Assembly: GCA_963763775.1 (NCBI GenBank)
Contig: CAVXPZ010000004.1
Location: 1-64,000 of the forward strand
Length of the DNA: 64,000 bases
Source of the DNA: an uncultured Chloroflexia bacterium
GTDB lineage: Bacteria; Chloroflexota; Limnocylindria; Limnocylindrales; CSP1-4
Direction of reading: 5' to 3'
Shown piece by piece: positions 19,651-31,659 of this stretch (position 1 is the first letter of the stretch; the number at the start of each line of letters is the position of its first letter). A program made the translations under genes and the position numbers. A model generated the notes under the pieces. That model ran no database searches, was not told the DNA's origin, and saw nothing but the letters and a program-made list of their open reading frames with translations.

Positions 19651-20528
19651 CGCGCCGTCGCCGACCCGTCCGGGCCGAACCGGGTGGCGCCACGGAGCGC
19701 CGCGACCATGCGCGCGAGTCCGTCGACATCACGGCCGTCCGGTCCCAGCGCATCCACGAGCGCCGAGGCGACGATCACCCCGTCGGCGCCGGCCCTGGCG
19801 ATGGCCCGGACGTGGGCCTCACGGCTCACGCCGAAGCCGACCGCGACGGGGACCGGCGACGCGGCCTTGACCGCCTTGACGAGGCGGCCGACCGATGACG
19901 GGAGCGTCGTCCGGGCACCGGTGACGCCGACGAGCGACACGCAATAGAGGAAACCGCCGCTGCGCGCGGCGATCGCGGCCCGGCGGGCCGGCGACGTGGT
20001 CGGCGCCACCAGATAGACCACGGCGAGATCCGCCGCCCGCGCCACGGCCTCGAACGGCCCGCCCTCGTCCGGCGTCAGGTCCGCGACGATCAGGCCGGCG
20101 GCACCCGCAGCGGCCAGGCGTCGCGCCACGGCCTCGCCGTCCCCGCCGCCGATGACCTGGTTCGCGTAGCCCATCGGCACGAGCGGCAGGTCCGGACGGG
20201 CGGCACCGATGCGCTCGATCAACCGGAGCGAGCGTTCGAGGGTCGCGCCCGAGGCGAGGGCCACCCCCGACGCCCGCTGGAGCGTGGCGCCGTCGGCGAG
20301 CGGGTCGGAGTACGGCAGCCCGACTTCGAGGAGGTCCGCACCGGCATCGGCCGCGGCGATCGCGATCCGCAGGCTCGTGTCCGCGTCCGGGTACCCGGCG
20401 ACGACGTACGGGATCAGCGCGATGCGCCCCTCGGCCCTGGCTTGCGCGAACGCGGCCGCGATCCGATGGGCGCCGGCGGTCGCGTCGGTGCCGGGCGAGG
20501 CGTCGGCAGCGTGCGGGGAGCACCGTCG

Positions 20529-20532
<4 letters not shown>
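19647..20532 (-). CDS. trpA: tryptophan synthase alpha (probable frameshift near 20515)
   Basis: IPYVVAGYP, EVGLPYSDPLADG, MGYAN, YCVSLVGVTG, VGFGVS, ADGVIV. Confidence 0.95.
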
Positions 20533-21800
<1,268 letters not shown>

Positions 21801-23413
21801 CGAGGAGCCCGGCGTGGACCGGCGTGGGGCCGAACGGCAGGTTCGGCCGGTCGTCCCGGGCGGCACGGGCGCGCTTGAGGAACAGGGCCACGAGATACGG
21901 ATCCTTGACGGGTCGCCGCCCCGGCTCTCGAGGCGCCTCCACCCCGGAGGCGACGTCGACACCGACGGCCGGGATGGTGCGCAGGGCCCCCGCTACATTC
22001 GCCGGCGTGAGCCCGCCGGCGAGGGTCACGGGCAGCTCGCGGGCGACCGCGGCGGCCAACGCGACGGATGACCGCTGGCCGGTGCCGCCGGGGTACGGGC
22101 CGGCGGCGGTGTCGAGGAACAGATGCTCGGCGCCGGCGGCGAGGAAGGCCCGACCACGATCCACGAGCGTGCCCGCCGCCGAGTCGATGTCGGCGGGCGC
22201 GTCCGCCGGGAGGTGCAGGACCTTCCAGACCGGGCGCCCGACCCTCGCGACCGATGCCACGGACTCGGCGCCGTTCAGCTGGACGACGTCCGGGTCCACC
22301 GCGGTGACGATCGACCGGAGCAGCGCCGGCGACGCATCGGCCGTGACGGCCACGATCCGCGGTCGCGCCTGGGCGGGCGTCGCGGTCCGGATCAGCTGCG
22401 CGAGCTCCGCGGCCTCCTCGACCGTCAGGGCACGCGGCGTCCCCGGGACCAGGTTCAGGCCGATCGCGTCGGCGCCGAGCGATGCCGCGGCGACGGCACT
22501 GCCCGCGTCGCCGACGCCGCAGATCTTGACCGACGCCCGGCGCGCGACCTCGGCCGGATCGGTCGGTGGGCGCCCGGCCGCGACGAAGGAGCGGACCACC
22601 GCAGCGGGATCGGCGGCGCGGACGAGCGCCTCGCCGATCAGCGCGCCGTCGAACCCCTGGGCCCGCCAGCGCGCCACGGTCGCGGCATCGCGGACCCCGG
22701 ACTCGGCGATGACCACTCGGTCGTCGGGGACCAGCGGGCGCAGGCGCCCGGCGCGATCCGGGTCGACGGCGAGGGTCCGCAGGTCCCGGTTGTTGATCCC
22801 GATGAGCCGCGCATCGGTCTCGAGCGCGAGGCGCAGCTCCCGCTCGTCGTGCGCTTCGACCAGCGGCTCGAGGCCGAGCGAGAGCGCCCGTTCGACCAGC
22901 GCGCGAAGGTCGCGCTTGCGGGGATGCAGGACGGCGAGCAGCAGCACGGCGTCGGCACCGGCGGCGCGCAGTCCATCCAGCTGGCGCGGGTCGACGACGA
23001 ACTCCTTGGCCAGGACCGGGATGGACACGGCCGCGCGGACGGCGCGGAGGTCGTCGACGGACCCGCCGAACCAGTGCGGCTCGCACAGGACGGAGATCGC
23101 CGCGGCCCCGCCGGCTTCGTAGGCGCGAGCCCGCGCGACGATGTCGTCCGCCTCCGCCGCGATCCGGCCGGCCGACGGGGAGGCCCGCTTGATCTCCGCG
23201 ATGACGTGCAGGCCCGGGGCCACGAGCCGCTCGAGGATGGGTCGGACCGGCGCGGTGCTGACGTCCTCGCGCCCGAGGCTCCCCTGGCTCGGCGAAGGTC
23301 GCCTCCAGGTCGGACCGCCGCCGCGCCGCGATCTCCTCGACGACGTTCCGACTCGGTGAGGCCGCCGTCCCGCCCGTGCGCGGCGTGGCGCGTCGAGGCG
23401 ACGTCGTCGTCAC
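21801..23413 (-). CDS. trpCF: indole-3-glycerol-phosphate synthase plus phosphoribosylanthranilate isomerase moieties (frameshift near 23270; continues into TrpB)
   Basis: IAEIKRASPSAG, AISVLCE, GINNRDL, AESG, followed by VKICG, QLNG, GGTG, LAGGLTPANV, VDVASGVE. Confidence 0.92.
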
Positions 23414-24447
23414 GCCGACACCCCGGCCGCCTCGGCGATCCGCCGTTCCTCGCGAAGCCGTCCGAGGATCTCGACGCCCAGCCCCGCGTCGATGGTGAGC
23501 GCGGCGCGCTCGATCCCCTCCTCCATCGTGTCCACGGCGCCGGCCACCAGCAGGGCGGCGCCGGCGTTGAGCAGGACGACGTCCCGCCGCGCGCCGGGCT
23601 CGCCGCGCAGGACGCCTTCGACGAACCGCGCGTTCTCCTCGGCCGAGCCGCCCGCCAATCGAGCTGTCGGCGTGACCTTCAGCCCGAGTCTCGAGGCCGG
23701 GACCTCGTGGCGGACGATCCCTTCCGGGCTTACGTGATAGAGCACCCCGCTGTCGTCGAGGGGCAGCTCGTCGATCCCATCACCGTGGATGACGAACGTC
23801 CGCTCGGTCCCGAGGCGGCCGGCGACCTCGGCGATCCGACGCGCGGCCGCGGGATCGGCCACGCCCAGCAGTTGGCGCGTGGTCCCGGCCGGGTTCGTCA
23901 GCGGGCCGAGCAGATTGAACGCGGTCCGCACGCCGATCTCGCCACGGGTCGGGCCGGCATGGCGCATGGCCGGATGGAACCTGGGCGCGAACATGAATGC
24001 GAACCCGATCTCGCGGAGCGCTGCGCCGGCCGACGCCGCGTCATGGTCGATCCGGATGCCGAGGGCGTCGAGGACGTCCGCGGAGCCCGCCTTCGAGGTG
24101 ATCGCCCGGTTGCCGTGCTTGGCGACCGGGATCCCCGCGCTCGCGGCCACGAGGGCCGCGGTCGTCGAGATGTTGAACGTGCCGCTCCCGTCGCCCCCGG
24201 TGCCGACGACGTCGATCGCGCCCACCGGCGCGTCGACGCGCACGACGCGCTCGCGCATGGCCGTCGCGAAGCCGGCGAGCTCGTCGACGGTCTCGCCGCG
24301 CATGCGCAGACCCATGAGGAGTGCGGCGAGCTGGGCCGGCGTCGCCTCCCCGTCCATCACCGCGCTCATGGCGAGGTGGGCCTCGTCCATGGAGAGGGTG
24401 CCGCCCTCGACGATCGTCGCGAGCGCAGCGCGGACCTGGTCACTCAT
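23410..24447 (-). CDS. trpD: anthranilate phosphoribosyltransferase
   Basis: VGTGGDGSGTFNIST, KHGNR, GSADVL, FNLLGPLTNP. Confidence 0.97.
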   Translation of the reverse strand: MSDQVRAALATIVEGGTLSMDEAHLAMSAVMDGEATPAQLAALLMGLRMRGETVDELAGFATAMRERVVRVDAPVGAIDVVGTGGDGSGTFNISTTAALVAASAGIPVAKHGNRAITSKAGSADVLDALGIRIDHDAASAGAALREIGFAFMFAPRFHPAMRHAGPTRGEIGVRTAFNLLGPLTNPAGTTRQLLGVADPAAARRIAEVAGRLGTERTFVIHGDGIDELPLDDSGVLYHVSPEGIVRHEVPASRLGLKVTPTARLAGGSAEENARFVEGVLRGEPGARRDVVLLNAGAALLVAGAVDTMEEGIERAALTIDAGLGVEILGRLREERRIAEAAGVSA

Positions 24448-25124
24448 CGCGACGGCACCTCCGCCTCGGTCTCGGCCATCCCGGCAGTCGCGAACGACCC
24501 GGACACCGCGTCCAGCCTGGCGGCTTCGCCTTCGCCCGCCAGCCGCAGGAAGTTCGCGAGCAGGTGCGGCCCGTCCGGGGTCAGGACGCTCTCAGGGTGG
24601 AACTGGACGCCCTCGAGCGGCAGCGACACGTGGCGGATCCCCATCACGACACGGTCCTGCTCGCTGATGGCCGTGACGATGAGCTCGGGCGGCAGGGTCC
24701 GCGGGTCGACGGCGAGCGAGTGGTATCGGGCCGCGTAGAAGGACGGCGGCATCCCCTCGAGCAGGCCGGCGCCGTCGTGGGTGACTTCCGACGCCTCGCC
24801 GTGGACGAGGGTGGGCGCGCGCACGATGGTGGCACCGAAGGCGGCGGCCATCGACTGCATCCCCAGGCAGACGCCGAGGACGGGGATCTCGCGGTCGGCC
24901 GCCACCTGGATGGCCTCCACCGAGACCCCGGCGTCGTCCGGGTCCCCGGGTCCGGGCGAGATCACGATCCCGCGGAGGTGCTCGGCGGGGTCGTCGGCGA
25001 GAGCCTCGACGCCGGCGCGGTCGATCGCGTCGTTGCGCACGACGCGGACATCGGCGCCCGCCGCCTGGAGTGCCTGCACCAGGTTGAACGTGAAGCTGTC
25101 GTAGTTGTCCACGACGAGGATCAC
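24444..25124 (-). CDS. trpG: anthranilate synthase component II
   Basis: DNYDSFTFNL, SPGPG, GVCLG, RYHSL, QFHPES. Confidence 0.95.
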   Translation of the reverse strand: MILVVDNYDSFTFNLVQALQAAGADVRVVRNDAIDRAGVEALADDPAEHLRGIVISPGPGDPDDAGVSVEAIQVAADREIPVLGVCLGMQSMAAAFGATIVRAPTLVHGEASEVTHDGAGLLEGMPPSFYAARYHSLAVDPRTLPPELIVTAISEQDRVVMGIRHVSLPLEGVQFHPESVLTPDGPHLLANFLRLAGEGEAARLDAVSGSFATAGMAETEAEVPSR

Positions 25125-26785
25125 GACGTGGCTCCCGCGCCGGCGACGCTCGGGGCGCCCGCGTCGATGGCGGCATCGCCGTCGTCCGACCGCGCATCCG
25201 GCACGCCGGCCGCGATGTCGATCGCCCGCCGCAGGGCGGCGGCCTTGTGGTCGGTCTCCTCGAACTCGCGCTCCGGGACCGAGCCCGCCACGATGCCCGC
25301 CCCGGTATGGACATGCGCCTGGCCGTCCTTGAGCACGGCGCTTCGGATCGTGATGGCGGTGTCGAGATTGCCGTCATATCCGAGATAGCCGACGGCGCCG
25401 CCGTACAGCCCGCGTCGCTCGCCCTCGGCCGCGGCGATGAGCTGCATGGCTCGCACCTTGGGAGCACCGGACAGCGTGCCGGCCGGGAAGACCGACCGCA
25501 GGGCGTCCAGCGCATCGGCGCCCGGAAGCAGCCTCGCCTCGACGTGCGACACGAGGTGGAGCACGTGGCTGTAGCGCTCGACCTCCATGTACTTGCTCAC
25601 GGTCACGGTCCCGGGACGGGCCACGCGCCCGAGGTCGTTGCGCCCGAGGTCGACGAGCATCACGTGCTCGGCCCGTTCCTTCGGGTCCTTCTGGAGCTGC
25701 TCGGCGAGCAGCGCGTCCTCGCGGGCGTCGACGCCGCGCGGCCGCGTGCCGGCGATCGGATGGGTGGTGAGCCGGTCGCCGACGACCTGGAGGAGCAGCT
25801 CCGGCGACGCGCCGACGACCTCGAACGAGGGCGTCCGGACGAAGAAGAGATACGGGCTGGGGTTGACGCGCCGGAGCGCCCGGTAGATCGCGATGCCGTC
25901 CAGCGTCGAACCCGAGGCAGGATCGGCGGGGAGGTCGAACGACTGCCGACGCGCCAGGACGACCTGGATGGCCTCGCCCGAGGCGATGGCGTCCTTGGCG
26001 ACCTCGACGGCCCGGATGTAGGCGTCCCGGCCGAGGCTGGTGTCGACCGGGAGCTGCGGGGCGGGGGCTGGCGCGGACGGGCCGCCGGGACCGGGCACCG
26101 GACCACGCACGGCGGTCCGAGGACCGGCGATCTCGGCCGCCGACGGTCGCGCCGACCGCTCGAGCGCGTCGAAGATGGCGGCCTCGGCGATCCGGTACCG
26201 GCCTTCGAGGTCGGGGGCGTCCGTGTGCAGCGAGGCGATCGCCGACAGCGTGTGGGTCAGGTGGTCGAAGACCAGCACGAGATCCGTCTCGATGAACGCG
26301 GCGATCGGGACGGCCACGGGGTCCCGATCGGGCATCGGGACCGAGGGCTCGAAGGACGAGACCGCGTCGTACGCGAGCGCGCCGACGGCGCCGCCCGTGA
26401 ACCGGGGCATGCCCTCGACGGGCAGCACCCGACGCCGCGGGACGAACTCGCGGATCGCGGCGAGCGGGTCGCCGGCCTCGGCCGAGGCGATCGGGAGATC
26501 CGGGGCGTAGACCGGCACGGTCACCGGGCGGGTCTGGGTCCGCGCGACACCGTCGCGCACTTCGAGGAGACGGCGAGGGCCGACGCCGAGGAACGAATAG
26601 CGGCCGAGGCGCTCACCGCCTTCGACCGATTCGAGCAGGTAGGCCGGACCGCCGTCGTCGAGCCGCAGGAACGCCCCGATCGGGGTCTCGAGATCGGCCG
26701 GCCGCGTGGCGCGCAGGAGGATCGTGTCGGCGTCGGCGGCCAGACGCTTCGTCTGGGCCAGGCTGAGCGGATCCGTGGTGGTCAT
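25121..26785 (-). CDS. trpE: anthranilate synthase component I
   Basis: LLESVEGG..GRYS, NPSPY, GASPE, PIAGTRPRG, EHVMLVDLGRND, FPAGTLSGAPK. Confidence 0.96.
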   Translation of the reverse strand: MTTTDPLSLAQTKRLAADADTILLRATRPADLETPIGAFLRLDDGGPAYLLESVEGGERLGRYSFLGVGPRRLLEVRDGVARTQTRPVTVPVYAPDLPIASAEAGDPLAAIREFVPRRRVLPVEGMPRFTGGAVGALAYDAVSSFEPSVPMPDRDPVAVPIAAFIETDLVLVFDHLTHTLSAIASLHTDAPDLEGRYRIAEAAIFDALERSARPSAAEIAGPRTAVRGPVPGPGGPSAPAPAPQLPVDTSLGRDAYIRAVEVAKDAIASGEAIQVVLARRQSFDLPADPASGSTLDGIAIYRALRRVNPSPYLFFVRTPSFEVVGASPELLLQVVGDRLTTHPIAGTRPRGVDAREDALLAEQLQKDPKERAEHVMLVDLGRNDLGRVARPGTVTVSKYMEVERYSHVLHLVSHVEARLLPGADALDALRSVFPAGTLSGAPKVRAMQLIAAAEGERRGLYGGAVGYLGYDGNLDTAITIRSAVLKDGQAHVHTGAGIVAGSVPEREFEETDHKAAALRRAIDIAAGVPDARSDDGDAAIDAGAPSVAGAGATS

Positions 26786-26802
26786 CGCGTACGGCCTCTG
26801 GA

Positions 26803-27110
26803 GAATCAAGAACGACCATTCGTCTCCGGGACGAAAGGTCGTGCCTTCCGCGGTGCCACCCTCATTCGGCGATGCCGCACTCGTGACCGACGGGCTCTGG
26901 ATCGGTGTCGCCACCGGAGCCGATCGGCGCTGCCCTGTATCGCTGGCGCTCTGCGCCGGAGCCTACTGGCGCCTGCGGCCGTGGCCGCTTCGCGTTCGGT
27001 CCGGAGGCTCCCGGGTCCATTCCCTCATCGTCGTCGTCCCGGCTCGCACCAGCCGCCGGGTCTCTGGGTCGACGTGCGACGGGTACTCGTCCCGTTCACA
27101 GCCCGTTCTT
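26803..27110 (-). promoter_or_regulatory. Trp-specific T-box riboswitch with intrinsic terminator
   Basis: T-box AATGAGGGTGGCACCGCGG (26866-26848); stem I with AGTA bulge, CAGAGA and GCTGGTGCGA; specifier GAA-TGG-ACC (TGG 27019-27017); terminator ACGACCTTTCGTC..GACGAATGGTCGTTCTTGATT. Confidence 0.92.
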
Positions 27111-27125
27111 CGTGATGTGGCCGGG

Positions 27126-27155
27126 AGTATGGGCGGGCGGGCGCGAGCCCGTCAA
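27126..27155 (-). promoter_or_regulatory. sigma70 promoter of the trp T-box leader
   Basis: TTGACG (27155-27150), 18 nt, CATACT (27131-27126). Confidence 0.7.
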
Positions 27156-27355
27156 GCGCTCGCGCTGACCGGGCCGTGCCCGTCGCAGCGAAGCACGGGG
27201 AGCATCGGGTAGCGGCGGTACTGGGGCTCCTCGCGCGAGCGCTCGCACAGCACGAACACGCTGCCGCGACCGGTCACCACGGGTCGGGCGTGGCCGCAGG
27301 TCGCGCACAGGCCGGCCCAGTCGGGGATCGCCACGGGTTCGCGCGGAGCGGTCAT
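27152..27355 (-). CDS. small Cys-rich hypothetical protein
   Basis: 67 aa with CxxCxH..GSVFVLC..YPMLPVLRC pattern. Confidence 0.65.
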   Translation of the reverse strand: MTAPREPVAIPDWAGLCATCGHARPVVTGRGSVFVLCERSREEPQYRRYPMLPVLRCDGHGPVSASA

Positions 27356-27369
27356 GCGGCCAGCCATAC

Positions 27370-28515
27370 CGACCCGGGCCTCTCGGCCGCGGACGCGACG
27401 GGCGCGGGCGCTCGGTCGTCGCGAGGCGCCGTCGAGCGAATGGGATCCACGCCAGCGCACCGACGCCTGGAGCACGACGACCACGACGATGAGGAAGCCG
27501 GGAAACGTCAGGACCAGCCCGGGCACGACCCACTGGAAGTCGATGCCGAAGGCCAGCGCGAGGTCGCGGCCGAGGGCGACGGGGACGGCCCGCGCGCGGG
27601 ACCCTGTGCAGCGCGCACCTCGACGATGGCACCTGGCAACCCGGCTGGTCCGCGGCCGAACCCGACCGGCCGGCCCGCGGGGGCGTTCGGCCCGGACCCG
27701 GTCGAGCCCAACGGGCCCGCAGCACCGGCGCCCCCCGTCGCCGGCGAGTCGGCTGCGCGGGGGCAGCCGGGGCGGGCGCTCGGTGTCGGCGACCGGGGTC
27801 GGGGTCGGCGACGGACCGCCGCCCGGTGGCGTCGGAGCCGGGGTCGGGGCTGGCGTCGGGGTCGCGGTGGGTCGGGACGCGGCGTCGCGCGTGGGCGTCG
27901 CGGTCGGGGTCGGGCTCCGGGGTCGGGGCGGGGGTGGGGGTCGGGACAGGCGTCGGGGTCGGGGTCGGCGCTGGCGTCGGTGTCGGCGTCGGCGTCGGGG
28001 TCGCCGTCGGGGTCGGTGTCGCCTCGGCCCGGACCGTGACGGCGAGCGTCATCGCGATCGTGGAACCCCTTCGAGCAGACCTGGGAGTCGAACGCATTGG
28101 CGGTCCAGATCGAACAGGCCCGCGGTCGTGCCGGTGACGACGATGTCGGCGGTCACCGAGTCGTCCGGCGTGGCGGCGTCGAGCCGGTCGCCGCCGTTCG
28201 AGGCCGCGATCGTCACGGTCGCGCTGCGACCGTCGAGGCGGACCAGACCGTCCCGGCAGGCTCATCCGTCACCGTCGCGGAGCCGACGTCGAACGCGGCC
28301 GGGATCGGGATCCGGACGCAGCCCAGGTCGTCCTGCAGATGGGACCGCCTCGGTTCGAGAACGACGACCGAGATCGTCGTCGCGTTGCCCTCCGTCGATG
28401 GTGGTCGGCGGCGGGCGATCTGCCAGGTCGCGGCGGGCGCTTGCCGACGGCTGACGGCGGACGACCAGCAGCCAGACCGCCGCGCCGATCGCGCGAGCGA
28501 CGGCCGACCGCGCAT
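27370..28515 (-). CDS. secreted Pro/Thr-repeat protein with C-terminal membrane anchor, broken by multiple frameshifts
   Basis: N-terminal signal-like segment, (PT)n run at ~27900-28030, hydrophobic C-terminus WVVPGLVLTFPGFLIVVVVVLQ. Confidence 0.5.
27880..28025 (-). repeat. 6-bp-unit (CCGACV) low-complexity repeat encoding a Pro-Thr linker
   Basis: Repeated GTCGG(C/G/T) on the + strand. Confidence 0.75.
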
Positions 28516-28517
28516 CG

Positions 28518-30370
28518 TCAGGCGACCTGTCGGTACGGGTGTCCACAGCCCGAGCGGCTGGACGTCGATCGCCGGGCAACGGCGCATCGGCGGCCGTCTC
28601 GATGCCCTCGATGAAGACGCCGGCACGAGGCGCTCGTCGAGCTGGGACCCGGCGGCGTCGCCCGAGCCTGCGTCAGCGCCTCGCGCACGTCGAGGGCCTT
28701 GCGATACGGCCGAGTCGTCGTCATCGCCGAGAACGCATCGCCGACGGCCAGGATCCGGGCGATCAGCGGGATCTCCTCGCCGGCCAGGCGGTCGAGGTAG
28801 CCCGTTGCCGTCCCAGCGCTCGTGGTGGTGGCGGACGCCGGCGCGGATGAGGTCGACGTCGGGGAGGTCGCGCACGATCATGTCGCCGAGCGCGACGTGC
28901 TGCTTGACGACGTCGTACTCCTCGTCCGTCAGCGGCCCCGGCTTGCGGAGGATCTGGTCCGGGATGCCGATCTTCCCGACGTCGTGGAGCAGACCCGCGA
29001 CTCGGATGGTGGCGACGAGCTCCGGCGGCAGCTCGAGGCGCTCGGCGAGGAAGATGCCGTACCGGGCGACATCTTCCGAGTGACGCTTCGTGTAGCGATC
29101 CTTCGTGTCGACGGCGAGGATCAGGCCCTGGAGCACGTCGAACGTTCGGGTCTCGGCCGGTGCCTCGAGCCGGATCGAGCCGGCGAAGCGGACCGCGTCG
29201 CCGCCACTGGCCTTCGCCTCCTGGAGCGTCAGCGCGGCCATCGCCAGGAGCCCGGTGACCGAGTCCGCGTGCTCGGGAAACGTGCAGACGCCGGCGCTCA
29301 GGGTCAGCGGCAGCCGCTCGGACGCTTCGAACTGGAGCGCCCGATCGACGAGGGCGGCTCGGACCCGGGCGAGGACGCCTTCGATGGCGTGGACGTCCGT
29401 CGGTCGGGACGACGATCAGGAGCTCGTCCGGCCCGTAGCGGCCGATGTCGCGGCGGACGGCAGCTCGCGATCGAGGACGTCGACCACCGTCAGCGAGCGC
29501 ATCGTCGCCGGCGGCGTGGCCGTAGGTGTCGTTGAGGAGCCGGAAGTTGTCGATGTCGAGCAGCGCGATCGCGAACGGTCGGTCCGTCGGCCTTCGACGC
29601 CTCGACCGCCAGCGCCACCGCGTCCACGAGGGAACCGTGGTTGAGACTGCCCGTGAGCGTGTCGCGCTGCGCCGCGTCGACGAGAGCGCCCGCCTGGCGC
29701 GTGATCCGAGCCCTGCGCGGACCGGAAGACGAAGAAGAGCGCCAAGGCCGCGACCAGGCTGGCCGTGAGCGTGACGAGCACGACGTTGCGGCGCAGATCG
29801 TCGAGCTGGCGCAGGATCGGGGCGGCGTCGCGCCAGACGCCGACGACCGCGCGGACGCGGCCGCTCGGTGACCAAGGGGAAGTACTCGCGGAGCGACCTG
29901 TGATGCCGACAGGACCGGTCCGACGGCCTCGCTCAGCGGCGAATCGACGATCCCCGCCCGGGCGGTATCGCCACCAGCGTCGCGGTGAACTCCGCCGTCG
30001 CCGGAGCCGCCGTGCCCGTGGAGTCAGCGGGTCACTGGCCGCGACGACCACGCCCGTCGGGCCGTCGGATCTCGATGCGCATGATCTGGCCGGCGTCCAT
30101 GAGCGACGGCGAGGCTGGCATCGAGCGGTCGCCTGACGCTCCGGAGACGGCCCGCCCGCGGTGAGGTCATCCGGTGAGAGCGATCCCGTGACGAAGCGTC
30201 CGGACCAGGGCCGCGTCCGTCCCGACCACGGCATTGAGCGTCGACGTGGAGAAGTTGGCGGAGACCATGACGATCTGCGCCATCGCGGTGACGCCGACGA
30301 TGACGAGGAAGACGCCGAAGACGATGAAGAGGAGGACCGGTCGAGGCAGGCGCCGAGGCGTCCCGAACAT
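28518..30370 (-). CDS. membrane-anchored GGDEF + HD-GYP c-di-GMP protein, multiple frameshifts
   Basis: TM segments; ALLDIDNFRLLNDTYGHAAGD; RYGPDEL; DRYTKRHSEDV; GLLHDVGKIGIPD; HHERWDG.GY. Confidence 0.8.
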
Positions 30371-30497
30371 GGCTGTCTGGCCCGCTCCTCGAGGAGTGAC
30401 GGCCTCGAAGGCTAGGGACGAAGGTCGGGCGCGCCCACCGGACGGAAGTCCTGCGTGGGTCCCGATCCGGCATGGGGAGCGCGGCACGAGCATCAGC

Positions 30498-30585
30498 TGG
30501 CGGAGAGGGTGGGATTCGAACCCACGAAGTCTTTCGACTCAGCGCTTTTCAAGAGCGCCGCCATCAACCGCTCGGCCACCTCTCC
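30498..30585 (-). tRNA. tRNA-Ser(TGA)
   Basis: Anticodon arm GCGCT-CTTGAAA-AGCGC, long variable arm, CCA end. Confidence 0.97.
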
Positions 30586-30652
30586 GAGGATGAGGATACC
30601 AGCGGCCGTCGGGCGGGCGACGAGGCCCGCCCGGCGGGCGGCGCACCGCGCG

Positions 30653-31120
30653 CTACTTGGCCTTGACGACGACGGTGCCGGCGATCAGGTCGAACCAGCC
30701 GCGCTTGCGCTTGTCGACGAAGATCCAGATGTAGCCGATGTAGAAGACGACGCCGGAGACCCAGTAGCCGATCAGGCGCAGGATCGCGGCTCCCACGGTC
30801 ACGGGGCCGCCGTCGCTGTCGCGCACGACCTTGATGCCCATCATCTTCTGGCCCGGGGTCTGGCCCGTCTTCGACCAGAAGTACGGGAAGTAGGCGAGCG
30901 GGATCAGGATGACCGCGAGGAAGATCCCGATCACGCCGAGGACGGGCACGACGACCGCCAGGATGCCGAACACGATGACCGCGACCACGATCGCCGCGGT
31001 CATGATCAGGATGTCGACGATGTAGCCGACGAGGCGCTCGCCAGGACCGGCGAAGGCCATCCCGGGCGCGGGTCCGGGCTCAGGGTCGGGCGCCTGCCAA
31101 CCGGATGACTGATCCGTCAC
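30653..31120 (-). CDS. RDD family protein
   Basis: RLVGYIVD, GQTPGQKMMGIKVV, RGWFDLIAGTVVV; GGAGGGAG RBS. Confidence 0.9.
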   Translation of the reverse strand: MTDQSSGWQAPDPEPGPAPGMAFAGPGERLVGYIVDILIMTAAIVVAVIVFGILAVVVPVLGVIGIFLAVILIPLAYFPYFWSKTGQTPGQKMMGIKVVRDSDGGPVTVGAAILRLIGYWVSGVVFYIGYIWIFVDKRKRGWFDLIAGTVVVKAK

Positions 31121-31134
31121 GATGTCTCCCTCCG

Positions 31135-31659
31135 CTACGGATGCTGGCTCCTGACCGGCGGGCGTCGGATGACGATCGTCCCGGCGATCAGGTCCTGGAA
31201 CCCTCGTCGACGACGATCGACGAAGATCCAGATGAAGCCAAGGTAGAACACCGAACTTGCGACGTACATCCCCAGGAGCCGGAGCAAGGCGGTCTTCCAC
31301 CCGAACCGTGCGCCGTCCGAATCGCGCACCACGTGCAGGCTGAACGGCCGCATCCCCGGTGTCTGCCCCCATCCGGCCCAGAAGAACGGGAAGTACAGCA
31401 GGGCCACGACGATCCCGATCGTGGCGAACGCGACCAGCACGACCGCGGTCGCGGGAGCGACGCGCGCGGCGGACTCGAGCGTCGGCACGAGCATCAGCAG
31501 CGGCGCCCAGAACACGGCGATGAGCGCCGAGATCAGCAACGTGTCGACGAGATAGGCGACCAGTCGCGGGCCGTGCGGCGCGAATTCGACGCCCGGAGCC
31601 GGACCGGCCGTCGGGGCCGGCACCTCCCAACGGACGTCCGGGCCCGTCGGCTCGGTCAT
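31135..31659 (-). CDS. RDD family protein
   Basis: [26 protein letters not shown]. Confidence 0.9.
   Translation of the reverse strand: MTEPTGPDVRWEVPAPTAGPAPGVEFAPHGPRLVAYLVDTLLISALIAVFWAPLLMLVPTLESAARVAPATAVVLVAFATIGIVVALLYFPFFWAGWGQTPGMRPFSLHVVRDSDGARFGWKTALLRLLGMYVASSVFYLGFIWIFVDRRRRGFQDLIAGTIVIRRPPVRSQHP

Noticed and set aside
30371-30497. c-di-GMP riboswitch upstream of the GGDEF/HD-GYP gene
   Set aside because: No GEMM or class II consensus could be matched by eye.
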